DNA of 64,000 nucleotides. It comes from a virus. Made by a program: the position numbers and the translations under genes. The stretch lies in IMG/VR virus record IMGVR_UViG_3300025141_000021. One strand, given 5' to 3'. The notes under the pieces were generated by a model, which was not told where the DNA came from, did no database searches, and worked only from the letters and a program-made list of their open reading frames with translations. Positions 49,935 to 59,036 of the stretch are shown here, one piece after another; position 1 is the stretch's first letter, and the number at the start of each line of letters is the position of its first letter.

Positions 49935-50578
49935 TGTTTCAACATCCTAGACGCTAGTTTATAGTCTTCTTCGTCCATTACGTGATAGTGGGCGTTTAAA
50001 CCTTTCAAGAACGGAAAATGTTCAACGGTTGTATGCCAAATATCAATTGAGGGCAAGAAAGCTTTAAGTCTCTTAATAAGATACTCAGTATCAACTTCAT
50101 CATATGCAGCATAGCCATTTACATTAACATAAACCTTGATATTTTCTATTTTGTTCTCGTGAATAAACCTAAGAGCTTCCCAAATTGAACCTTCTGCGCA
50201 TTCCCCATCACTTATTAGACAATGTACGATTCTGTTTTTGTTTGCCATTGCCCTTCCAACCGCGATAGTTAGGCCCAACCCCAGGCTACCAGTTGAACAA
50301 TAGATTTCGTTTTCTTCATCTCGATGAGGGTGGCCGCCGTGTTTATTAAATAATTCTTCAGCGTCAATGCCGTGATATTTTTCAATTGCAGCGTATAGTG
50401 CCAAAGCAGCATGCCCAGAAGACAGAATGAAGATATCATCATCAGCTTTGTTTTTAAAAATATCATCAACTATCATTAGGCTTGAAAAATAGCTACCTAA
50501 GTGAGATAATTTGTATTTATAGGCAATATCTAAAACACGACGTTTTAAGAAGGGTTGATGGTCCATCTCTCTCTCCAA
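49931..50578 (-). CDS. Transketolase-like TPP-binding subunit (215 aa)
   Basis: SHLGSYFS, ILSSGHA, STGSLGLG, SDGECAEGSIWEAL (TPP-binding GDG-like motif). Confidence 0.88.
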   Translation of the reverse strand: MEREMDHQPFLKRRVLDIAYKYKLSHLGSYFSSLMIVDDIFKNKADDDIFILSSGHAALALYAAIEKYHGIDAEELFNKHGGHPHRDEENEIYCSTGSLGLGLTIAVGRAMANKNRIVHCLISDGECAEGSIWEALRFIHENKIENIKVYVNVNGYAAYDEVDTEYLIKRLKAFLPSIDIWHTTVEHFPFLKGLNAHYHVMDEEDYKLASRMLKQ

Positions 50579-51294
50579 TAGGTCTGTATCATATCATCAT
50601 AATTTATACCTTCGCGATGCACATTCCACGTAGCCTGATGTTCGTGCCATCTGTAATGATATCCCAGCCATCTATCACAAGGGTATATAAAGACATCATG
50701 ATCGGCCAATTGACAATATAGATCATAGTCTGCTGCACCACCATATTTTTCTGGATTTGTATTTAGTAAATTATCATCATATAATTTTCTACTGTATATC
50801 ACAGTTGGGGTGTTTACTGGGCACTTTTTAAGTAACAAGGTCTTAAACTCTTCCATTGTTGTATAATAATGTCCAATGTCACCAACTGGTGCTTCTTCAG
50901 CGCCGCGAACTCCCCTAATAGGGCTTTGAAACGTAATTACCTGCTCCGGAGCAGACATTATATATTTCATACAGTTTTCAATATATAAGGGGTGAAGATA
51001 ATCGTCCGCACCCATAACCGTAAAGTAATCGCCATTGGCGTGGTCTAGTCCAACGGCCTTTGGTTCATCCCAGCAGTTTGGGTATATATTTGGTGCGTAA
51101 TCGATTATTAATTCTGGATGTAATTTAAACAGGTCTTTAACAATATCAACGCTTTGGTCTTTGCTTTCATTATCAACAAAAATCACTTCAACATTTGAAT
51201 AGGTTTGCTCTAATGCTGAACGAACACATTTATCAATCCATTTTTCTGCATTATAACATGGTATGATTATCGATACTAATGGATTCACTTCCAA
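50545..51294 (-). CDS. Glycosyltransferase family 2 (249 aa)
   Basis: VSIIIPCYNAEKWI, FVDNESKD, MGADD, ADYDL. Confidence 0.92.
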   Translation of the reverse strand: MEVNPLVSIIIPCYNAEKWIDKCVRSALEQTYSNVEVIFVDNESKDQSVDIVKDLFKLHPELIIDYAPNIYPNCWDEPKAVGLDHANGDYFTVMGADDYLHPLYIENCMKYIMSAPEQVITFQSPIRGVRGAEEAPVGDIGHYYTTMEEFKTLLLKKCPVNTPTVIYSRKLYDDNLLNTNPEKYGGAADYDLYCQLADHDVFIYPCDRWLGYHYRWHEHQATWNVHREGINYDDMIQTYWRERWTINPS

Positions 51295-51581
51295 TCCTCT
51301 GTGTTCATTGCTTTGTCACATATGAATAAATCATAATATGGCTTATTAACTCTTAAGTCGTGATGCTTAACACCCCAATCTGCCAATTGTTTTCGTGTTA
51401 ATTCGTTATAATCGATTTTTGTTATACTTCCCCTGGCAGTCCAATAAATTATTGTATGACCCTCGTCGTACAGCTTATTCGCTTTTTCAATATTTTCTTT
51501 TATCGGCCACGCTAAGTTATATTGTCTTTTTCCAGCTGGATAATGGCAGATTGTTTCATCAATGTCAATATAGATCACCAT
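51285..51581 (-). CDS. Minimal capless HAD-superfamily phosphatase (98 aa)
   Basis: Motif I DIDETI, motif II WTARG, motif III NKP, motif IV FICDK. Confidence 0.8.
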   Translation of the reverse strand: MVIYIDIDETICHYPAGKRQYNLAWPIKENIEKANKLYDEGHTIIYWTARGSITKIDYNELTRKQLADWGVKHHDLRVNKPYYDLFICDKAMNTEDWK

Positions 51582-52480
51582 TTCTCTAACATGCTTTCTG
51601 CTCTAGTAATATATGAATGTCTTTTGCTCACATATTCTCTGTTTTTCTCTTTAATCTCGCTTAAATCCTTGTTTATCCATTCTGCCACTAATTCAAACAT
51701 TTCTTCTGGCGTAGCGGCCGTCGGTACATCGGGAAATAAATTTTCTAACTGTGTTACTTTATCACTTATTAAGAATCCTGTTAAGCCTAGCGATTTGAAC
51801 GTTCTCTCGTTTGTGTCAAACCCCAATTGCCTCTGATATGCGTCGTGTATGTTAATTGCAATTTTGGTATTATAGAGTATTGTGTTTTCTTGCCAATGCG
51901 CTAAATTGTTATTAACAAAGAACCCACAGTTGAGATCACTATCTTTAAATTTTGAGAAGTGATCGACCATTATCTGGTATTTTTCATTAAATCCATTATT
52001 CGCAATTCCTCCGATAAAACATATATCAAACAATATATCATTTGGCATTGGTTTGTAGTTTACGGAATCAAATGCTAATGGTATTGTTTTTACATTTTTC
52101 CATTCATTGTGATATCCCTTTAAATCGCTGAATGTCCATTTGTAGACATTGTCTATTTCATTGAGGTGTTTTCTGGTTTCTGGATTACAAAGGCTTATAA
52201 AATTAGAGTGATTTCCCCAATGTCCCGGGAACAAGGTTGGCTGTACAAATAAATAAGCATTGTTCGCACCTTCTAATATTCGCAATGTTTTCATATTAAC
52301 ATCTGCGTCTGTTGCCATTACATAATAATCGGAGTCCTGGGGGATGGCGCCTAGTTCTCTGTAATACTCAACATCAAATCCTAATTTAGACCATGCAGAC
52401 GCATAACCAGTATATATCCACTTGCCGGCATTATGTAAATGCTCTTTTATATAAATTTTCATTTGAAATAGTCTCCACAA
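51575..52480 (-). CDS. CgeB-like / GT-B glycosyltransferase (301 aa)
   Basis: LAFDS, DICFIG, KIAINIH, NERTFKSLG..GFLISD. Confidence 0.75.
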   Translation of the reverse strand: MWRLFQMKIYIKEHLHNAGKWIYTGYASAWSKLGFDVEYYRELGAIPQDSDYYVMATDADVNMKTLRILEGANNAYLFVQPTLFPGHWGNHSNFISLCNPETRKHLNEIDNVYKWTFSDLKGYHNEWKNVKTIPLAFDSVNYKPMPNDILFDICFIGGIANNGFNEKYQIMVDHFSKFKDSDLNCGFFVNNNLAHWQENTILYNTKIAINIHDAYQRQLGFDTNERTFKSLGLTGFLISDKVTQLENLFPDVPTAATPEEMFELVAEWINKDLSEIKEKNREYVSKRHSYITRAESMLEKW

Positions 52481-53628
52481 TTACAATTGTTTGCAAAAAA
52501 ATCTTTTGTCTCTTTATTAAAAGTGTCAATCCATTTTTTCTCTAGTTTTGCAAAATCTTCTTGTTTCTGTCTTCCAAAATCATCACAATAATGCCAAACT
52601 TTTATCTGTTTTCCCTCTGAGGTAAACAGTTTATTATCATCCACGTAATATTGCTTTATAAAGTCAATATCTTTTTTAGTAGCAATTGAGTTGATTAAAA
52701 TTTCAGCACTATTCTGTTTGGCTAATTCTGTTAATACATTTTCTTGAGATCTGTGAGACCGAACATTATAAATAATGTCTTTATTTGTAATTTCTGGTAT
52801 CGATATTTTTGGTCTTTTCATGTTTTTTGAGAATAAATCTAAATTTACTTCCCCTATATCTTTGTTTTCTAAATCTGGACCATACCCGGCAAATAAACAA
52901 AAATTTAAAGACCCTTGTTCATAATAATTGTTTATAAACCCCATTGGTATTTTATTATCAAATCTTTTATCTAAAACCGTAGTTTGAAAACAAAAATCTA
53001 CTACATGTTTCAGAAGCGTTAAATTATTAAAACAAACAACATCAGCGTTTAAATGTAAAAACTGAAACTTATATGCATCAGGATTTGTTATAATATGTGC
53101 ATGCTGCTGAGCAGTCTCCTGTTTATCGCTATTAATATTTTGATTTATGTCAAAAATATTTTCTAAATATGGATTTGGATTGTAAAGATTATAACCAGCT
53201 GGGTAAGAACTTGCGTCTTTTTCGACAAGAATTGGACTTATATAGGCCGGGGGCCCCGACGGGCGGTTCTTATCTGCGGGAATGAGCAATGGATAATTGA
53301 AATCTAACGTTGCTATAGCATCGCTTTCGTCATCATCAACAAATTCGCTTAAACGAGCACAAGTTATTGTGTCAGCGCCTAGAATTATAACTTTTTCATA
53401 CCCCCCGCAAATAGAAAAATGACAAGCTAAAGAAAATTTAATATATCCATGTGATATTAAACTAGCCATAGGGGCTATAGTGCCGGCAAGATTATTGACA
53501 TAATTATAAAAATTACAAACAAGTGTGTCAATCTCTGGATGAAATTTAATGAAACTGTGTCCAGCATTAAGTGCTAGCTTTTCAAATCTTATATCTGAAT
53601 AATATATTACACAAAGAGTTTTCCTCAT
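52459..53628 (-). CDS. Hypothetical protein, possible GT-A glycosyltransferase (389 aa)
   Basis: IILGADT, LNADV, EQGSLN and VWHY recall GT8-like motifs; glycan-locus context. Confidence 0.4.
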   Translation of the reverse strand: MRKTLCVIYYSDIRFEKLALNAGHSFIKFHPEIDTLVCNFYNYVNNLAGTIAPMASLISHGYIKFSLACHFSICGGYEKVIILGADTITCARLSEFVDDDESDAIATLDFNYPLLIPADKNRPSGPPAYISPILVEKDASSYPAGYNLYNPNPYLENIFDINQNINSDKQETAQQHAHIITNPDAYKFQFLHLNADVVCFNNLTLLKHVVDFCFQTTVLDKRFDNKIPMGFINNYYEQGSLNFCLFAGYGPDLENKDIGEVNLDLFSKNMKRPKISIPEITNKDIIYNVRSHRSQENVLTELAKQNSAEILINSIATKKDIDFIKQYYVDDNKLFTSEGKQIKVWHYCDDFGRQKQEDFAKLEKKWIDTFNKETKDFFANNCNCGDYFK

Positions 53629-54542
53629 GAAGACATAATCTTATTTAGAATAGAGCTTAACCGAATTTTGGATTCATGTTCTCGCATGAATCTCTCATGG
53701 CCGCGAGATGCAATGTCTTGTAACAATTGTTCTCGTTGTAAGAGAAATTTTATTTTTTCAAAAAGTTCAATTGGGCCTTCAAATGTTATTATTTCTTTGT
53801 CTGGGGCGAAAAACTCTTCTATGTCTTCAGTATATTCTGTCATCAAGAGCGTTTTTGCAGCAGGGACCTCAAAAACCCTGGCTTTTATCTGTGTTGAGGA
53901 TTCAATTGCGTTTGTGTTTTTGCTAAAATTTAGGGCTATCTTTGAACTAGAGTGGAGCCAAGTCATATCTTCATGAGCTAGCCCATAAAAATATTCCATA
54001 TTCACACCTTGCTTTTTCAAATAATCAGTATACCACTCCCTATCAGAATTTGGTCGGCCACAAAATGTAACATCAAGATTCTTTTCAGCATGTTGAGGAT
54101 ACAAATCTATGTTTGCGTGCCAGCCTCCTAACAAAATATTGTTATATCCAATGTCCTTGAACTTTTTAATATATCTCTTTTCTGGAGTTGAACATACAGT
54201 AAAATTCGAACATACCTGGCTTGAAAACGTATCAAATCTCCAAGTATCGTCACAAAACCAATTAAACGTTCTGGTTCTTCCAGATTCGGTTTCTTTTATA
54301 ATATCTTCCCACGGTTCGTGAGGAGTTAATCCTGTATCCCCGGTCATACAACAGAAAATTAAATCAGGCTTAATCCGTTCAATAATACTGTTTAAATCTT
54401 TTTCTTCTGGGTCGACCGTATCATAAAAATATACATCATGGTTTAGACTCATAAGAGGAATGTATACGTTCCAATAACCTCCGTCCAGCCGCGGTCGACC
54501 TCCATGAACCAGGGTTTTATTATGTACTAATATTATTTTCAT
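53625..54542 (-). CDS. CgeB-like / GT-B glycosyltransferase (305 aa)
   Basis: NWFCDDTWRF, DVTFCG, KIALNFS, KARVFEVPA..TLLMTE. Confidence 0.8.
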   Translation of the reverse strand: MKIILVHNKTLVHGGRPRLDGGYWNVYIPLMSLNHDVYFYDTVDPEEKDLNSIIERIKPDLIFCCMTGDTGLTPHEPWEDIIKETESGRTRTFNWFCDDTWRFDTFSSQVCSNFTVCSTPEKRYIKKFKDIGYNNILLGGWHANIDLYPQHAEKNLDVTFCGRPNSDREWYTDYLKKQGVNMEYFYGLAHEDMTWLHSSSKIALNFSKNTNAIESSTQIKARVFEVPAAKTLLMTEYTEDIEEFFAPDKEIITFEGPIELFEKIKFLLQREQLLQDIASRGHERFMREHESKIRLSSILNKIMSS

Positions 54543-55387
54543 TATTCAAGCTGGTTTAGTATTGTATTTGGAATTTCTTTACGCTTGTTCTTCATTACTT
54601 CTATAAGAGGCTTTCCCTTTAATTTAAACCATGGTTCGCTAGTGGCGCCAACTAGTTGATTTGTTATAACAGACATGCCGGCCATACGAGCCTCAATAAC
54701 AAGTCTTGACAACGTCTCTGGCGTTTTTGGAAAAAAGACAAGACCCTTATTAGAGCTTAGCTTGTCAAGAAAGCTATGGTAATCTGGAGAACGTATCAAA
54801 TTATATTTAAATTTATTGGCCACGCAATATCTTATTGCTTCTCCTGTATTTTTGTGGGGTATACTCGAATCTAATATTGCAAAACTGTCACTCTTTTCTT
54901 TAGAGGAAAGCTCTTCAAGCTTTTCTAATGCTGCAATACTCCAAATATTTCCACCAAGATTAACTATATTATCAAGTTCCAAATTCTTTTTGACTATTGA
55001 TGCATGAAAAGAGGATTGACAAAATATTGCCTTGGCATTTTTGTAGAAATCCTTATTTATTATCTCTTCCGGAGGAGCATGAAAATATGAGAAATCTGCT
55101 GGATTTCTTGTTGTTAAATATTTATGGTCATGTTCATAAATTGCATATTTGGCTTTTTTTGACAAAATTTCTTTGCACGGCTCATTTAATCCTAAAAAAT
55201 TTGCAATTATATATGTTTTGTCTAAATTGTCAGCTATTACGTCTGGTGTAAGAGCTTGGGAATTGATTTTCGCTATATCATGGTCAGACGCTGCAATGTG
55301 CTGTATGAATTCTTCGTTATTTAATTCGCCGCCGCCTAAAACGCCTTGCTCAACAAAAACGTCCGCTACAAAAATTAATTTCATCAA
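54542..55387 (-). CDS. Putative glycosyltransferase (GT4-like, 281 aa)
   Basis: GGGELN, YEHDHKY, PETLSRLVIEARMAG. Confidence 0.6.
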   Translation of the reverse strand: MMKLIFVADVFVEQGVLGGGELNNEEFIQHIAASDHDIAKINSQALTPDVIADNLDKTYIIANFLGLNEPCKEILSKKAKYAIYEHDHKYLTTRNPADFSYFHAPPEEIINKDFYKNAKAIFCQSSFHASIVKKNLELDNIVNLGGNIWSIAALEKLEELSSKEKSDSFAILDSSIPHKNTGEAIRYCVANKFKYNLIRSPDYHSFLDKLSSNKGLVFFPKTPETLSRLVIEARMAGMSVITNQLVGATSEPWFKLKGKPLIEVMKNKRKEIPNTILNQLE

Positions 55388-56652
55388 TCATGAACCTGCG
55401 CATTCAAACTATTCATCCACTCATCAACATTGAAAACCTCTTCTTTGTGAATTGCATCGGCAAATTGCTTATATTTCTGCTCTGCCGTAAAATTTTCTAA
55501 TATGTGCGCTTGCAAGTTTCTTGCCATTGAGGCAAATCGAGGATATGCCTTAAAAACCTCTCGAAGCCTTGATTTGTAAGATTTTTCATCCGCAAAACAC
55601 CACTTTGAATCTGGTTGTAATACACCGTCCCAATGTGCTTCTGGTTGTATTGGCTGTAAAATATAATCAACTTTTGCAAAAAGCGGCTTTTTCTTGATTT
55701 TCTTTGTTTTCTTATTCCTAATTGGTGCATATAAAAAGTCACATTGGCCACTCCAATTTGGAGAAACTACAGGTACCCCATTATATGCAGCCTCAAATAT
55801 TGGCAAACCAAAGCCTTCTCCGTGGGCCAGGGTTACAAAGGCCTTTACTTGTTTGTGTTTGTATAGGGCTGTCATTTCTTCATCTGACATTGCTCCATGC
55901 AAAACATAAACCTTGCATTTTCTATCAGAATATGGCGCCAATAAATTTCTAACTTGAATCTGGGTTGCTTCGCGGTCCATTGTACAATTATTCGCAGTGT
56001 TCATTTTAAGTATTAAGCCGACTTCGTCATCTTTAAACTCTTCGACAAACCAACGAATTGTATTTTCTACATTTTTTCTGGGGCTCCATTGGGCAACAGC
56101 CAAATAATTGAAATCGTAGTCAAACTTTATATCTAAATCTGCCGGCTCAAAATTCCTAATTGGGTAATTAACGACCTCAACCGGCGTTTGGCACTTGAAT
56201 TCAGGTGTAACTTCTCCAGTTTCATTATTGGTCGCTTCATAGCTTGTATTATCAAATCCATATTTTGCATGCTCGGAAACAACGATAATTTTGTCCATTA
56301 TATTTGATTTTTCTACCCAGACTGGTGCAATCTTTGTTGTTTCAATTCCAGCAGTATAGCCAACGTTATAAGGCGCTAGCGGTTCCCACTCGTTGGGGAT
56401 GGTAATTTGTAACGATATATCAAAAGTGCCCCCTTTGCTGGTGTGTTCTATTGTCTTTGCCAATAAGCTATCTATCCAGCGGCGTTCCTCATTGTCTTCA
56501 TACATCCATCCAGTTTTTCCCCATGGGGTTGCCAATAAATATATGTCAAATCTTTCTTCATGGGCTCTTAAAGAGCGCAATGCAAATCGAGTTTGTTCAC
56601 CATAACCAGAACGCGAAAGCGCGGGGCCTCGTACTATTATTTTCTTTCTCAT
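55384..56652 (-). CDS. Glycosyltransferase family 4 (422 aa)
   Basis: SGYGEQTR, RKN, HGEGFGLPIFEAAYNGVPV..WSGQCDF. Confidence 0.88.
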   Translation of the reverse strand: MRKKIIVRGPALSRSGYGEQTRFALRSLRAHEERFDIYLLATPWGKTGWMYEDNEERRWIDSLLAKTIEHTSKGGTFDISLQITIPNEWEPLAPYNVGYTAGIETTKIAPVWVEKSNIMDKIIVVSEHAKYGFDNTSYEATNNETGEVTPEFKCQTPVEVVNYPIRNFEPADLDIKFDYDFNYLAVAQWSPRKNVENTIRWFVEEFKDDEVGLILKMNTANNCTMDREATQIQVRNLLAPYSDRKCKVYVLHGAMSDEEMTALYKHKQVKAFVTLAHGEGFGLPIFEAAYNGVPVVSPNWSGQCDFLYAPIRNKKTKKIKKKPLFAKVDYILQPIQPEAHWDGVLQPDSKWCFADEKSYKSRLREVFKAYPRFASMARNLQAHILENFTAEQKYKQFADAIHKEEVFNVDEWMNSLNAQVHD

Positions 56653-56653
56653 T

Positions 56654-57916
56654 TTAAGCCTCTTTCAACCGCCAGCCCTTGTAATTTTTTCTATTTTCCC
56701 AAGAACCCCTTTCTTCATGAATTTTTAACATGGTGTTAACCCATGTTTTGCCAAATTCTTCAAAATTATAATTTTTGTTTAAATGTTCTTTGCCTTTCTT
56801 GCCTAGTTCTTTTCGTTCTTCTGGGGTCATGTTGTGTATTTTTAATAAAGCGTCAACAAAGACTTCTTTGGATATTCTATCTTCATAAATGTATGGCACT
56901 TCTTGAGATCCTATTACGGCTTTTGAGGTGGGCTCTATTCCTACCCCAAACCACTCTTTCCCGTCGGTTACTTGTTCCTGTAGTCCGCCAGTCATGTTTA
57001 CAATAACCGGGGTTTCACAAGATAAAGATTCTAACGTCGCAAGGCCGAAACCTTCTGCATCAGAAATATTAACTGTGCAATCAGACATATTGTATAACAT
57101 TGATAAATTTTCCGGTGGTACCTTCTGTTGTGAAAATAAGACCTCTCCGTTAGTTAATCCCAATTCGTTAATGATTGCCTGTAAATCTTGACCATGCTGA
57201 TCTCCGATATCTGTATGCATTATCAATGTTGCTTTGTCTTTCCCGACGATATCCAGAAAATCCTTAAACCACCAAATAACAGAACCACTTTGTTTGCGTC
57301 TAGCATTTCTATTATTCCAGAAAAATACCGTCTTTTCCAAAGAGGCCTCTCCCAAAGTTTCTTTTCTAAATCCAGTGGCATCGTCATCGTCAATCGGCTT
57401 AAATATGTTGGGATTTACAGCATGAGGAATATATTTACATTCTATGTCTGGCGCTACGGTTGTCACAATGTCATAAGTAACTTTTGATATTGTTGCGATA
57501 AAATCGTTTGAATCATAGAATTTCTTGTTAAACATTGGATATGGGTAATTGTCCCATACATGATAATAAACCATTGGCATTAGCGGACGAATTTCATCCT
57601 CAATTTGCCACAACCATCCCCAAAACCTAGGATCGGTCATAAACCAAAGAATGTCTGGTCGTTCTGTGCGAATAAGTGACCGGACCGAATCGTGGTTACC
57701 ATATCCATCAATGGGAAATATAATCCAATCGTCGCCATATTCTTCAGTTTTAACTGGATTATAATCTTGGTGGGTTATTGCTCCGCCAAAACTTATTACT
57801 TTAAATTTTCCACTTTTCAATAACGCCTCAATAATATATTTAGATTGAGTTCCAACACCAGATGGTGAGAGCGGATGATCACTTAATGTGAATATTTTTA
57901 TTTTTTTTTCTGTCAT
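56654..57916 (-). CDS. Glycosyltransferase family 4 (420 aa)
   Basis: SGVGTQ, NRNARRK, AEGFGLATLESLSCETPVI..TGGLQEQV. Confidence 0.9.
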   Translation of the reverse strand: MTEKKIKIFTLSDHPLSPSGVGTQSKYIIEALLKSGKFKVISFGGAITHQDYNPVKTEEYGDDWIIFPIDGYGNHDSVRSLIRTERPDILWFMTDPRFWGWLWQIEDEIRPLMPMVYYHVWDNYPYPMFNKKFYDSNDFIATISKVTYDIVTTVAPDIECKYIPHAVNPNIFKPIDDDDATGFRKETLGEASLEKTVFFWNNRNARRKQSGSVIWWFKDFLDIVGKDKATLIMHTDIGDQHGQDLQAIINELGLTNGEVLFSQQKVPPENLSMLYNMSDCTVNISDAEGFGLATLESLSCETPVIVNMTGGLQEQVTDGKEWFGVGIEPTSKAVIGSQEVPYIYEDRISKEVFVDALLKIHNMTPEERKELGKKGKEHLNKNYNFEEFGKTWVNTMLKIHEERGSWENRKNYKGWRLKEA

Positions 57917-57924
57917 GATTTTTC

Positions 57925-58686
57925 CTAGGGGCAGTCTTTCGTCTCATTAAAAGCACAATTTCTGCAAGAAGTGCGCTTTTTAACGTAATTCTGTTTACCA
58001 ATATTGTAAAGCGCTTTCGTTAAAAATTTAAGGGCGTTATCAGTTTTTTTAGGACCACTGGTTACGCGGAAGAATTCAACCTTGTCTTTTTTGGCAGTTC
58101 TCTTAAGTAACGCAAAGTGTGTTTCGACATCTTTTGGTTCTATGTTGTGTTTAATACAGAAAAAGTGCTTGTATAATGTTAGTTGATAGGTCACTATCGG
58201 ATTAGCCCGTCTTCGCGTATCCCACCCCCATGAAGTGGTTTTCCAGTCTACAATATGATATTTGCCATCATTGGTTTTAATAACCGCGTCTATATATCCT
58301 TTGAAATTGATATTTTCATTTATTGGCACCATTAATTTTTCTTCACTGGAAATCACTTCGAAGTCAGTGAAATATTCTTTAAGGGCCGGCTCTATCTCTG
58401 GAAGGAGAGACAATCCTTGCGGAATCATCTCTATTGCTCGTTCTAGATTAAACTCTACCTTATCACTTTCTAAAAGCTTAAGTGCTTTTTTAAAGCGTGT
58501 AACAAATTCGTCACCGGCGTCTATTTGTTCTTTCAGAAGCTTTTTTTCGCATACATCGTGAATAGCAGTGCCAAATGCGGTATATTCATTGCCCTTAAAG
58601 GCTTTAATACCGTCGATGTATACAAGTTTATGGTAGAACGGGCAAAAATCCCAATTCTTGAGTTCTGAATATGATATATGCGGCAA
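57925..58686 (-). CDS. PD-(D/E)XK nuclease, Cas4/AddB-like with putative Fe-S staple (253 aa)
   Basis: ISYSEL..FCPF, GTAIH, GYIDAV, IVDWKT, QLTLY, C-terminal CRNCAFNETKDC. Confidence 0.85.
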   Translation of the reverse strand: MPHISYSELKNWDFCPFYHKLVYIDGIKAFKGNEYTAFGTAIHDVCEKKLLKEQIDAGDEFVTRFKKALKLLESDKVEFNLERAIEMIPQGLSLLPEIEPALKEYFTDFEVISSEEKLMVPINENINFKGYIDAVIKTNDGKYHIVDWKTTSWGWDTRRRANPIVTYQLTLYKHFFCIKHNIEPKDVETHFALLKRTAKKDKVEFFRVTSGPKKTDNALKFLTKALYNIGKQNYVKKRTSCRNCAFNETKDCP

Positions 58687-58687
58687 A

Positions 58688-59032
58688 CTAGCCTTCTTTC
58701 GTTTTATTTACTCTGGTGGATTTTGATTTACTTGGTTTTTTAACGCTTTTAGCGCTTTTCTTTTTTTCGGGTATGTTTATTTCAAAAACCCATTGGCCTT
58801 TCGACGCATTTAAGACAAAGTTTTTAACAACACATCCTTGTATACATGCACCCACATCGTAACCTTGGGCTCTCAAATATGCTGCGGCGCAGCCCTCACT
58901 TGCTATTATTTTATCAGAGCCCGGGCTAAGTGTCAAGCTAATTACCGCCACAGATTGGGGATTAGCAGAGTTAGCGGTATATCTCTCTTCTATTTTTACT
59001 TCAAAGGGCAGGTATCTAGGTTCAACGTTCAT
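58688..59032 (-). CDS. Hypothetical protein with basic C-terminal tail (114 aa)
   Basis: Fills the gap between neighbours; preceded by ACTATTTA at 59066-59073. Confidence 0.6.
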   Translation of the reverse strand: MNVEPRYLPFEVKIEERYTANSANPQSVAVISLTLSPGSDKIIASEGCAAAYLRAQGYDVGACIQGCVVKNFVLNASKGQWVFEINIPEKKKSAKSVKKPSKSKSTRVNKTKEG

Positions 59033-59036
59033 TTTG

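Noticed and set aside
33532-57916. Bacterial chromosomal O-antigen/capsule locus
   Set aside because: No flippase, polymerase, ABC exporter or initiating transferase; the region is continuous and co-oriented with phage sigma, baseplate, PhoH and nuclease genes through overlapping start/stop codons. Mis-assembly cannot be fully excluded without reads.
57925-58686. CRISPR-Cas system suggested by the Cas4-like gene
   Set aside because: No repeat-spacer array or other cas genes were seen in the window.
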